From Chloroflexota bacterium (GTDB lineage: Bacteria; Chloroflexota; Limnocylindria; Limnocylindrales; CSP1-4), in NCBI GenBank assembly GCA_021802825.1, contig JAJZRG010000011.1, positions 2,581 through 66,580 on the forward strand: DNA of 64,000 nt, written 5' to 3'. Position numbers and translations under genes: made by a program. Below the pieces are notes generated by a model. It saw only the letters and a list, made by a program, of their open reading frames with translations, was not told the origin of the DNA and did not search any database. Positions 50,299 through 58,345 of this stretch are shown one piece after another (within the stretch, counting starts at the first letter, position 1; the number at the start of each line of letters is the position of its first letter).

Positions 50299-50724
50299 TC
50301 AGTCGATGGCCGCGGGTGCGGCCTCGGACTCGGATTCGTCGATCAGTTCGCCCTCATCGACATCCTCCTCGTCCTCGCCGGACGGGATGTCGGCGTCCTC
50401 GGTCTCGCCGGCGGCCGCATCACGGCGCGCCTTGACGGGCTTGACGACGCGGGTCACGAGGGAGCGGAGGACGTCCTCGGTGATCTGGAGGCTGCGCTCC
50501 AGCTCGGCGATGGCCTCGGCCGGGCTCTCGAACACCACGATGTGGTACGAGCCCTCGCGGTAGCGCTCGATGGGATACGCGAGCCGACGGCGGCCCCAGG
50601 GCGCCACCTTGATGATCTGGCCGCCCGAGGAGACGACGTAGCGCGTGGTGCGGTCGATGACCGCGGATGCCCGCTCATCCGGCGCATCCGGCCGGAGGAC
50701 GAGCATGAGTTCATAGCGGCGCAC
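50299..50724 (-). CDS. rpsF: 30S ribosomal protein S6
   Basis: RRYELMLVL, WGRRRLAYPI and EDVLRSL; rpsF-ssb-rpsR operon. Start uncertain (50724 or 50733). Confidence 0.96.
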   Translation of the reverse strand: MRRYELMLVLRPDAPDERASAVIDRTTRYVVSSGGQIIKVAPWGRRRLAYPIERYREGSYHIVVFESPAEAIAELERSLQITEDVLRSLVTRVVKPVKARRDAAAGETEDADIPSGEDEEDVDEGELIDESESEAAPAAID

Positions 50725-50896
50725 AGCCTGCAAGACTCCTTCCGATGGGATGAGCCCCGTTCACGGCATGCCGACGACGGAGCAGAAAGGACCCGGTCAA
50801 GATAGCACGCGCCCCTTGAGCCGCGAGCGAAGCCATCGGGTCGCCTTGTGTATGCTTTGAGCCGCACTCGTATGCGTCCTGCCTCTCGGGGGAACC

Positions 50897-52099
50897 GTGC
50901 AACTCTCTATCCTCCTGCTGGCCTCGGACCGCAACGCTGCGACCCAGCTGGCCCAGGCGCTCGCCGAGCCCGGGCATGGCGTGACGGTCGTGAGCTCGGT
51001 CCCCGACCTCCTGAGCTCAGCGCCGCGCTACAGCCTGGTGGTGATCGACCGCGTCCAGGGCGGCGCGTCGGTCGCGGACGTGATCGCTCAGCTCCGCGCC
51101 GACAGCTCGTCGCCTGCGGTGCCAGTGCTCGCCATCTCACAGAGCGCCGACCTCGAGGAGCGCATCGCCCTGCTGGAGGCCAACGCCGACGACGTCCTGA
51201 CCCGGCCGTTCGACACCGGAGAGCTCGCGGCACGCGTCGAGGCGCTCGCGATCCGCGCCCAGCACGCGGCTGAGCGCACCGGCAGCCGCGCCTACAACGA
51301 CGGGTCCGGGCGTCGAGTCGTCGCGGTGTTCAGCCCCAAGGGCGGCGTGGGGACCACCACCGTCGCCACCAACCTCGCGCTCATCGCCGCCGAGCGGCAC
51401 CCCAACCAGACGCTGATCCTGGACCTCGACCTCTCGTTCGGGCAGGTCGCGTCCCACCTCAACCTGACGCCCAAGCAGTCCGTGCTCGAGCTGGCCCGCG
51501 ACGTCGCCGCCCAGCATGACCACGAGCTCTTCCGGACCTACGCAATCCACCATCCAGGGAACCTCCAGGTCCTCGCTGCGCCGCCCGGACCGGGCTTCTC
51601 CTCGCTGATCACGGCCCAGCACGTCGAGCAGATCCTGACCGTCGCCGCCGAGGCCTACGAGGTCGTGATCGTGGACGCCGGCGCGGCCCTCGACGAGCGC
51701 GCGATGACCGTCTTCGGCCGAAGCGACACGACCGTCATCCCGGTCATCCCCGAGATCCCCGGGCTGAATTCCGTCCACATCATGCTCGACCAGCTCTCGG
51801 ACATCGGCGCGCTGGGCGGCTCCAGCCTGTTCGTGCTCAACAACGTCTTCGCCCGCGACCTGCTCAAACGCTCCGACATCGAGACGGCGCTGGGCGCCAA
51901 GATCGCCGCGGAGCTCCCCTACGACCCGCTCGTGTACCTCAAGGCGGTCAACGAGGGCGTGCCCGTCATCCGCGGCTCCTCCCGCTCGCTCCCGGCCGAG
52001 CGGCTGCGCGCCCTCGCGGACACGGTGTTCGGCCCAGTCGCCGGCGTCGTGCCGCTGGCTGCCCCCAAGGAGAAGCGCGGGCTGTTCGGCCGCCGATAG
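50897..52099 (+). CDS. Receiver domain + MinD/ParA-like ATPase (CpaE/TadZ-like)
   Basis: N-terminal REC-like domain (ADDVLTRPFD), deviant Walker A PKGGVGTTT, LDLDLSFG, and C-terminal A.N.GVP motif. Confidence 0.85.
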   Translation: MQLSILLLASDRNAATQLAQALAEPGHGVTVVSSVPDLLSSAPRYSLVVIDRVQGGASVADVIAQLRADSSSPAVPVLAISQSADLEERIALLEANADDVLTRPFDTGELAARVEALAIRAQHAAERTGSRAYNDGSGRRVVAVFSPKGGVGTTTVATNLALIAAERHPNQTLILDLDLSFGQVASHLNLTPKQSVLELARDVAAQHDHELFRTYAIHHPGNLQVLAAPPGPGFSSLITAQHVEQILTVAAEAYEVVIVDAGAALDERAMTVFGRSDTTVIPVIPEIPGLNSVHIMLDQLSDIGALGGSSLFVLNNVFARDLLKRSDIETALGAKIAAELPYDPLVYLKAVNEGVPVIRGSSRSLPAERLRALADTVFGPVAGVVPLAAPKEKRGLFGRR

Positions 52100-52133
52100 G
52101 GCCCGGCAACCCGCCCCCATTCCCATGCGGAGC

Positions 52134-52220
52134 TGGTCCCGAGGGTGAGATTCGAACTCACAAGGGGTCGCCCCCAGCCGTGTTTAAGACGGCCGCGTCT
52201 GCCGGTTCCGCCACCTCGGG
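52134..52220 (-). tRNA. tRNA-Leu (anticodon TAA)
   Basis: Cloverleaf by eye: acceptor CCCGAGG/CCTCGGG, anticodon arm GCCGT-CTTAAAC-ACGGC, long variable arm, TTCGAAT T-loop, encoded CCA. Confidence 0.93.
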
Positions 52221-52284
52221 ATGCGCGCGATCGTAGCCCTTTGGCGGCGGCGGCGCAGCGGCTGCCGGACCGCAGGCGCCAGCC

Positions 52285-52716
52285 CTAGAATCGGTGGCGG
52301 GCCCGCTCGAGCGTGTCGATGCGGCGGGCCCGCAGGTCGCGCGCCTGGTAGCCGAACGCCAGCGTCCCGAGCACGAACGCTGTCGCGATCGACGGCACGT
52401 CGCCGCGCATCGCGCCCGCGGGCCCCACGCCGTGCAGGTCTGCCAGCGCGACGCGCCCCAGCAGGAGCAGCGTGCCCGTCGTGAACCACACCGCGGCGAC
52501 AGCCGCGAGCACGATCCCCAGACCCGCCCCGGCGAGCCAGCCTGCGAGCGTGGAGAACACGCCAACGCCCCCGAGCGACGCCACGAGGTCCGCACCCAGG
52601 CTGAGCCCGGCGAGGAACCCCCAGAGCGGGGCCGGCACCGCGAAGAGGCGGGTCCCGAACAGGGCCACCGCGAGGCCGACCGGGATCGCCACGGCCGCGA
52701 CCAGCAGCGTCTCCAC
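52285..52716 (-). CDS. Small multi-TM membrane protein (DUF4203-like)
   Basis: GAGGAGG RBS before GTG 52716; four to five hydrophobic segments; LWGFLAG pattern. Confidence 0.6.
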   Translation of the reverse strand: METLLVAAVAIPVGLAVALFGTRLFAVPAPLWGFLAGLSLGADLVASLGGVGVFSTLAGWLAGAGLGIVLAAVAAVWFTTGTLLLLGRVALADLHGVGPAGAMRGDVPSIATAFVLGTLAFGYQARDLRARRIDTLERARHRF

Positions 52717-52845
52717 GGGTCCTCCTCGGCGGCGCCGGGCGGCGCGCATCCGCGCCTACGGTAGCGCAGCGCCCAGGGCCAGAACGGCCGGCTGGGACCA
52801 GAAACGGCAGACCGGCCCCCGGGAGGGCCGGTCCTCGTCAGTCAG

Positions 52846-52922
52846 TGGAGGCGACGATCGGATTCGAACCGATGAATAGCGGTTTTGCAGACCGCCGCGT
52901 TGGGCCACTTCGCCACGTCGCC
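52846..52922 (-). tRNA. tRNA-Cys (GCA)
   Basis: GGCGACG acceptor, GCGGT-CTGCAAA-ACCGC anticodon arm, CCA end. Confidence 0.96.
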
Positions 52923-53182
52923 GCGTTCGAGCGCGAGCGAGAGGATACCGGACGTGCCGCCCGCATGCCGCCGTCCGCATGCCGCCTCCCAACGGCGCGG
53001 CCCCGGCACCGGCGCTCGCCTGGCCCCGCAGGCCCACGGCGCGCCAGGCCGCTCAGACGCTCCTGGATTCAGCCTGTCGCCTGATGGAACAGAACCGGGC
53101 CGAGATGCGATGCCGCCAGGCTGGCCATAGCGTCCCGACGATACCCGACCCGACCCCCAGCCTCGGCTCGTCTTCCGGCCGT

Positions 53183-53239
53183 GGCCTCTTCGTCGTCCAG
53201 ATCGACGGCCTCAGCCCGCCGGAGCTGGAGAGGGCGCTG
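53183..53239 (+). pseudogene. Possible fragment of an alkaline phosphatase-superfamily (type I phosphodiesterase-like) gene
   Basis: GLFVVQIDGLSPPELERAL resembles the N-terminal metal-binding strand of that superfamily; the frame then runs into the antisense of tRNA-Gln. Confidence 0.35.
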
Positions 53240-53295
53240 CCCGGGCGGCAAGCCCGCTCGGTGTCGCCGCAGCACCCGGACGGCCACGCGAAGGC

Positions 53296-53369
53296 TGGCT
53301 GCCCCTCGAGGATTCGAACCTCGGCTCACGGATCCAAAGTCCGCTGTCCTACCGCTAGACGAAGGGGCA
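53296..53369 (-). tRNA. tRNA-Gln (TTG)
   Basis: TGCCCCT acceptor, GCGGA-CTTTGGA-TCCGT anticodon arm, CCA end. Confidence 0.96.
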
Positions 53370-53405
53370 AGGTGCCACGAACTAGGGTAGACGATCAGGG
53401 GGGAG

Positions 53406-53481
53406 TGGAGCGGAAGACGGGACTCGAACCCGCGACCCTCACCTTGGCAAGGTGATGCTCTACCAACTGAGCCACTTCCGC
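53406..53481 (-). tRNA. tRNA-Gly (GCC)
   Basis: GCGGAAG acceptor, CACCT-TGCCAAG-GTG region with anticodon GCC, CCA end. Confidence 0.97.
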
Positions 53482-53500
53482 TCGATGCCGACCGAGTGGT

Positions 53501-53576
53501 TGGTGCCGAGAGCCAGATTCGAACTGGCGACACCGCGATTTTCAGTCGCGTGCTCTACCAACTGAGCTATCTCGGC
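53501..53576 (-). tRNA. tRNA-Phe (GAA)
   Basis: GCCGAGA acceptor, CGCGA-CTGAAAA-TCGCG anticodon arm, CCA end. Confidence 0.97.
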
Positions 53577-53673
53577 CCGGACCCGGGACCCCGCAGGGCC
53601 CCGTCGGCGCGCCGCAGGATAGCATGCGGCCTGAGCGGGCGTCCACCTCACGGAGGGACCCCGCGGACGGCCC

Positions 53674-54792
53674 TCAGCCCCATCCGCTCCAGTTGAAGCC
53701 CGGCGGCGTCGTGGGGGGTTCGGGCGGCTGCGGCGGCTCGTCGGGGGGCTGGCCCGGGCCGGACGGCTGCTGCCGGGACAGCCCCCGCAGGGCATCGTTC
53801 ACGAGCGGGGCATGGTCGCCCACGACCACGCTCGGCGAGTCGACCGGCGCCTCGCCGGTGAGCGTGCGCAGGCGGTTGATGCGGTCGAGCACCGGCGGGT
53901 GCGTGGAGAACAGCTCGGACGAGTTGGCCGTCGCTGCCTTGACTGGGTTCTCGAAGTACAGGTGCTGCGTGGCGCGGTTCGCCGCCTCGAGCGGCTCGGT
54001 GTCGAGCGCGATCTTGGCGAGGGCCCGCTCCAGGCCGTACGGGTTGCGCGTCAGCTCCACCGACGAGGCGTCCGCGAGGTACTCGCGCTGGCGACTGACG
54101 GCAAGCTGGACGAGCTTCGCCGCGATGGGCGCCACGATCGCCAGGGCGAGCGCCACGACCATCATCACGACCGCGAAGCCGCCGGAGTCGCCTGAGCCGC
54201 TGTCCCGTCGTCTCCGGCCGCCCCCGAAGCCGCCCCAGAACGTCATCCGCAGGAACATGTCCGCGATCAGCGCCACCGCACCCACCAGCACGCCGACCAT
54301 GAGCGAGAAGCGGATGTCGAAGTTGCGGACGTGGGACAGCTCGTGGCCCATGACGCTCTGGAGCTCCTCACGGTCGAGCTTCTGGAGGAGGCCCACGGTG
54401 ATGGCCACGGACGCGTGCTGGGGGTCCCGCCCGGTCGCGAAGGCATTGGGCGCGGTGTCGTCGATGATGTAGACGCGCGGCATCGGGACGCCCGCCGCGG
54501 TCGCCATCTCGGCCACCACGTTGAACAGCTGCGGCGCCGACTGGGCGTCCACCTCGCGCGCGCTCGACGAGGCGAGCACCAGCGCATCGCCCGCGTAGTA
54601 CGCGAGCAGCGCAGCCACGAAGCCCGCGACCAGGGCGATGGCCGCGGCGATCACTCCGTAGCGGGCCTGGCCGCCGAATGCCGCCCCGATGGCGAAGCCC
54701 AGCCCGCCGAGCAGCAGGATCACCACCAGCGAGAGCAGTACCGAGTTGCGGCGGTTGGCCGCGATCTGGCTGTAGAAGGTGGAGCTCGCCAT
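53674..54792 (-). CDS. htpX: M48 family zinc metalloprotease HtpX
   Basis: PNAFATG, HELSH (HExxH), SRQREYLADA and FSTHPP motifs; follows lemA. Confidence 0.94.
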   Translation of the reverse strand: MASSTFYSQIAANRRNSVLLSLVVILLLGGLGFAIGAAFGGQARYGVIAAAIALVAGFVAALLAYYAGDALVLASSSAREVDAQSAPQLFNVVAEMATAAGVPMPRVYIIDDTAPNAFATGRDPQHASVAITVGLLQKLDREELQSVMGHELSHVRNFDIRFSLMVGVLVGAVALIADMFLRMTFWGGFGGGRRRRDSGSGDSGGFAVVMMVVALALAIVAPIAAKLVQLAVSRQREYLADASSVELTRNPYGLERALAKIALDTEPLEAANRATQHLYFENPVKAATANSSELFSTHPPVLDRINRLRTLTGEAPVDSPSVVVGDHAPLVNDALRGLSRQQPSGPGQPPDEPPQPPEPPTTPPGFNWSGWG

Positions 54793-54849
54793 GGGGGTGG
54801 GTGCCGGGTGGTGCCGACCGACGCGTGGCCGCCGGCGCCGAGACCCCTG

Positions 54850-55416
54850 CTACCTCAGGCTGAGGTCCACCGTCGGGACCGCCTGCGACTCAGGCTCGGC
54901 CGCGAAGAACTCGCGTCGGGTGAAACCGAACATGCCCGCGAGGATGACTGACGGGAACGTCTGGATGGCGTTGTTGTAGTCGAGCACAGTCGCGTTGTAG
55001 TGCTGCCGCGCGAAGCTGATCTGGTTCTCGGTCGTGCTGAGCTGCTCCTGCAGGCTCAGCACGTTCTGGTTGGCCTTGAGCTCGGGGTAGTTCTCTGTCA
55101 CGGCGAACAGCGAGCGCAGGGCGCCGGTCAGCTGGTTCTCGGCCACGGACTGCGCGGCGGGCCCCTGGGCCCCGGCTGCGATCGCACTGGCGCGGGCCTC
55201 CGTGACCCTCGTGAGGACGTCCTGCTCGAAGTTCATGTAGCCCTTCACGGCGGCCACGAGGTTCGGGATCAGATCGTGGCGGCGCTTGAGCTGGACGTCG
55301 ATCTGGCTGTATCCCTCATCGACCCGGTTGCGCTTGCCGATCAGCCCGTTGTAAATCCCGATGACCACCACGACCACGACGACGACGATGGCCAGGACAA
55401 TGAGGAGCGGCGTCAT
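54850..55416 (-). CDS. lemA: LemA family protein
   Basis: IDVQLKRRHDLIPNLV, ENYPELKANQN and N.I.FARQ.YN motifs. Start placed at ATG 55416. Confidence 0.95.
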   Translation of the reverse strand: MTPLLIVLAIVVVVVVVVIGIYNGLIGKRNRVDEGYSQIDVQLKRRHDLIPNLVAAVKGYMNFEQDVLTRVTEARASAIAAGAQGPAAQSVAENQLTGALRSLFAVTENYPELKANQNVLSLQEQLSTTENQISFARQHYNATVLDYNNAIQTFPSVILAGMFGFTRREFFAAEPESQAVPTVDLSLR

Positions 55417-55659
55417 GGAGTCGGTCTCCCTCCGGATGGAGGCCCTACGGACCTCCGGTGCATCGCAGCATACCGCCACCCGTTGGGGGCGGCCATCGCA
55501 GGCACGTGGTCGCGGCACAGAGGGGCATGACGGCCCCCCAGCCGCGCCGGAACGCCTGCCATCGCTCGACCGCCGTTCGGACCGCACCGACACCGAGCAT
55601 CGCGAGGGCAGGCAGCGCGAGGAGCGCACACGTGTCGCCGATGTCGCGACGCACGACAG

Positions 55660-55736
55660 TGGTGGGCGGTGAGGGACTCGAACCCCCGGCATCCTCGGTG
55701 TAGGCGAGGCGCTCTGACCAACTGAGCTAACCGCCC
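55660..55736 (-). tRNA. tRNA-Val (TAC), with C at position 33
   Basis: GGGCGGT acceptor, CCTCG-CCTACAC-CGAGG anticodon arm, CCA end. Confidence 0.93.
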
Positions 55737-55777
55737 GAAAAGACGAACGGGCGACCCGCCGGCCGCTGCTCCCGCAA

Positions 55778-55894
55778 GGCCGGCTCAGCCGCCGTCAGCG
55801 CAAGGCGGAGGGGAGGAGCGGAGCGAGCGCACCTGCAGGTGCGTGAGCGAGCACCGCAGCCGACAACGCCGCGATGGCGGCGGATCAGCCGGCC
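55778..55894. repeat. REP-like palindromic spacer between tRNA genes
   Basis: Perfect 14-bp palindrome GCACCTGCAGGTGC (55829-55842) inside GAGC-rich arms, with outer inverted repeat GGCCGGCT/AGCCGGCC. Confidence 0.55.
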
Positions 55895-55905
55895 GCCCAA
55901 GGGAG

Positions 55906-55990
55906 TGGTGCCCAGGCCGGGACTTGAACCCGGATGAGTTGCCTCATACGCCCCTCAAACGTACGCGTATACCAATTCCGCCACCTGGGC
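55906..55990 (-). tRNA. tRNA-Leu (GAG)
   Basis: GCCCAGG acceptor, TACGT-TTGAGGG-GCGTA anticodon arm, long variable arm, CCA end. Confidence 0.96.
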
Positions 55991-56033
55991 AGGTGTGCCA
56001 ACCAGCGGCGTGCCGTCACACCGCCAAGAGGGG

Positions 56034-56119
56034 TGGTACCGAGGGAGGGAGTCGAACCCACACGACCTTGCGATCACTGGTACCTGAAACCAGCGCGTCT
56101 ACCATTCCGCCACCTCGGC
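56034..56119 (-). tRNA. tRNA-Leu (CAG)
   Basis: GCCGAGG acceptor, CTGGT-TTCAGGT-ACCAG anticodon arm, long variable arm, CCA end. Confidence 0.95.
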
Positions 56120-56146
56120 ACGCAACGTACCAGCCGGCCCGAGGGC

Positions 56147-58060
56147 TCACTGGGTCGCAGCGAGGCGCCATGCTAGCACATCCCAATACCGGTCGCCGGT
56201 GCGCTCGATGAGCCGCGGGGAGGCTCCGGAGAGCCCGCGGACGACCATCTGCTCGTCCGCCCAGACCAGCGGGAGGACGGGCAGCCTGGCCGACAGGCCC
56301 GCCAGCAGCGCGCCCCATGCGGCCCTCCGGGCGTCCGGCGTCCCGGGCTGCCGAGCGGTCTCCAGGAGTCGGTCCAGGCCCGGGTCTTGATACCCGGACC
56401 GGTTGGAGCCCTTGGCACGCACCTGGCTGGAATCGAGCAGCGGATAGAGGTCCGGCTCGAGCCCGGAGGCGACGTCGAGGACGGCAGCGGTGAAGGCGCC
56501 CGACGCGAGTCGTGCCGCCAGCGCGGTTCCCGACACCGATGTGACGGTCACGTTGAGGCCCAGCGCGGTCCAGTCGTCGCGCACGGCGGCGGCGACGGCG
56601 GCGAGCCGCGGGTTCACGTCGGCGGGCACGGTCAGCAGCTCGATCGCGTACGGCGCCCTGCCCTTGGGCGCGGTCCACTTCCCGTTGGCGCGGGTCCACC
56701 CGGCGGCCTTGAGGAGCTTGCCGGCGGCGGCCCGGTCGAACGGGACCTTGGTGACCTTCGACGGGTCGTAGGCCCACGATTCGGGGGCGAGCAGGGTGTC
56801 GGCGACGCGCGCCTGGCCGCCGAGGTCCGTGCTCGCGATGGCGGCGCGGTTGATGGCGGCGAACAGCGCCTTGCGCACGTTCGGGTTCGCGAGCTCGGGG
56901 TGCGTGGTGCGCAGGTTGAGCAGGACGACCGAGAGCGTGGTCGTGGGATAGTCCAGCACCGACGCGCCCGGCAGGGCTGCGAGGACCGCGGTTGTCGCCG
57001 CGGACAGGCCCGCGGCCCCGTCGATCTCACCGGCCCGGAACGCGGCCGCAAGGGCCTGCTCAGTGTCGTAGAACATGATCTCGATGCGCTGGACGGGCCG
57101 GGCGTTCGGGTTGGGGGCGGCGGTGCCCGAGGGCGCTGGCGACGCCACAGTGGCCGACGCCGGCGGCGCGGCGGTGTTACCCGAGGCGGCGGGCGCCGAG
57201 GGGCTCGCCGACGCGGCCAGCGGCGCCGACAGCCCGCTGGACGACCTGGCGCCGGCCGGCGTCGACCCCGACGCCGAGGGCGAGGCCGACGCGCTAGGCG
57301 AGTTCGTCGGCGCGGTGGCCATGGCGGGCACCAGGATCGCGCGGCTCTCGTCGATCTGGGCCAGCTGGTAGGGGCCGCTGCCCACGGGGCTCTGCGCGAA
57401 CTCGCCCGTGGCGAGGTCCGACATCCGCACCCCGGTCAGCAGGTGCGAGGGCAGCAGGGGCTGCGTGAGCGCCGCGAGGAACCCGGCGATCGGCGAGCCG
57501 AGCGTGAAGCGCACCGTCTTGGCGTCCAGGGGCTCGACGCCGACATCGGCCCACGTGGCCGCCAGCCCGCCAGCCGCGGACGGGTCCTTGAGCGCGGCGA
57601 CCGTGTAGGCGACATCGGCGGACGTCACCGGCTGGCCGTCCTGCCAGGCCGCGTCGGGCCGAATGGCCACCGTCCAAGTCTGGCCGGACTTGTCCACGCT
57701 CCACGACGCGGCCAGATCGGGCACGAGCGTGTTGCCGGGCCCCGCCTTCACGAGGCCGCTGTAGATCAGCCCGACGAGCGTGCGGTCGGCGCGGTTGCGG
57801 GCCGTGACGGGCGTGATCGAGGTCGGGCGACCCACCACCCCCTCGCGGAACACGACCAGGCCGCCTTGGCCGACGGACGGCGCGGGGACGCTGGGGAACG
57901 GGCTACCCTCACCGGCGGAGGGCGTCACCGAGCGCGGCAGGCCGATCGCGAACGCCGCCACGGCGATGAGCGCGACGAGGAACCCGGTGATGGCGCGGTC
58001 GCGGATGAGGGGGCTCGGCCCGGGGCGCTGGGGCGGGCGCCGGCCCGGGGTCGAGGTCAC
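56147..58060 (-). CDS. ABC transporter substrate-binding protein, family 5 (peptide/nickel)
   Basis: LIYSGL, PDLAASW, WQDGQPVTSADVAYT, PVGSGPY and VRKAL..AINR motifs; N-terminal TM anchor. Confidence 0.88.
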   Translation of the reverse strand: MTSTPGRRPPQRPGPSPLIRDRAITGFLVALIAVAAFAIGLPRSVTPSAGEGSPFPSVPAPSVGQGGLVVFREGVVGRPTSITPVTARNRADRTLVGLIYSGLVKAGPGNTLVPDLAASWSVDKSGQTWTVAIRPDAAWQDGQPVTSADVAYTVAALKDPSAAGGLAATWADVGVEPLDAKTVRFTLGSPIAGFLAALTQPLLPSHLLTGVRMSDLATGEFAQSPVGSGPYQLAQIDESRAILVPAMATAPTNSPSASASPSASGSTPAGARSSSGLSAPLAASASPSAPAASGNTAAPPASATVASPAPSGTAAPNPNARPVQRIEIMFYDTEQALAAAFRAGEIDGAAGLSAATTAVLAALPGASVLDYPTTTLSVVLLNLRTTHPELANPNVRKALFAAINRAAIASTDLGGQARVADTLLAPESWAYDPSKVTKVPFDRAAAGKLLKAAGWTRANGKWTAPKGRAPYAIELLTVPADVNPRLAAVAAAVRDDWTALGLNVTVTSVSGTALAARLASGAFTAAVLDVASGLEPDLYPLLDSSQVRAKGSNRSGYQDPGLDRLLETARQPGTPDARRAAWGALLAGLSARLPVLPLVWADEQMVVRGLSGASPRLIERTGDRYWDVLAWRLAATQ

Positions 58061-58278
58061 TTCTGGGTGACGAACGACACCAGCGCGAAGATCACGAACA
58101 GCACCATCAGCAGGATGGTGAACTGCCAGAGGCGGCGCTCGATGCCGCGTCGGCTGCGGTAGACGGCCGAGTCACCGCCGAAGGTCCCGGACAGGCCGGT
58201 CCCGCGCGCCTGCATCAGGATCGCGATGATCAGCGCGATGTCGAGGATGATCTGGCCGATCGCCAGGAAGGCGTTCAC
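58057..58278 (-). CDS. secG: Preprotein translocase subunit SecG
   Basis: Two TM helices with ILMQARGTGLSGTFGG...RRGIER loop. Confidence 0.93.
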   Translation of the reverse strand: MNAFLAIGQIILDIALIIAILMQARGTGLSGTFGGDSAVYRSRRGIERRLWQFTILLMVLFVIFALVSFVTQK

Positions 58279-58345
58279 GGAATCGAGGTCCTCCGAGGTG
58301 TGACGGAGGCGGATGGTACCAGACGCGGCCCAGTCCGCCCGCGGT

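Noticed and set aside
52134-56119. Genomic island or prophage integrated at the tRNA genes
   Set aside because: No integrase, no duplicated tRNA 3' end and no compositional shift; the intervening genes (htpX, lemA) are housekeeping.
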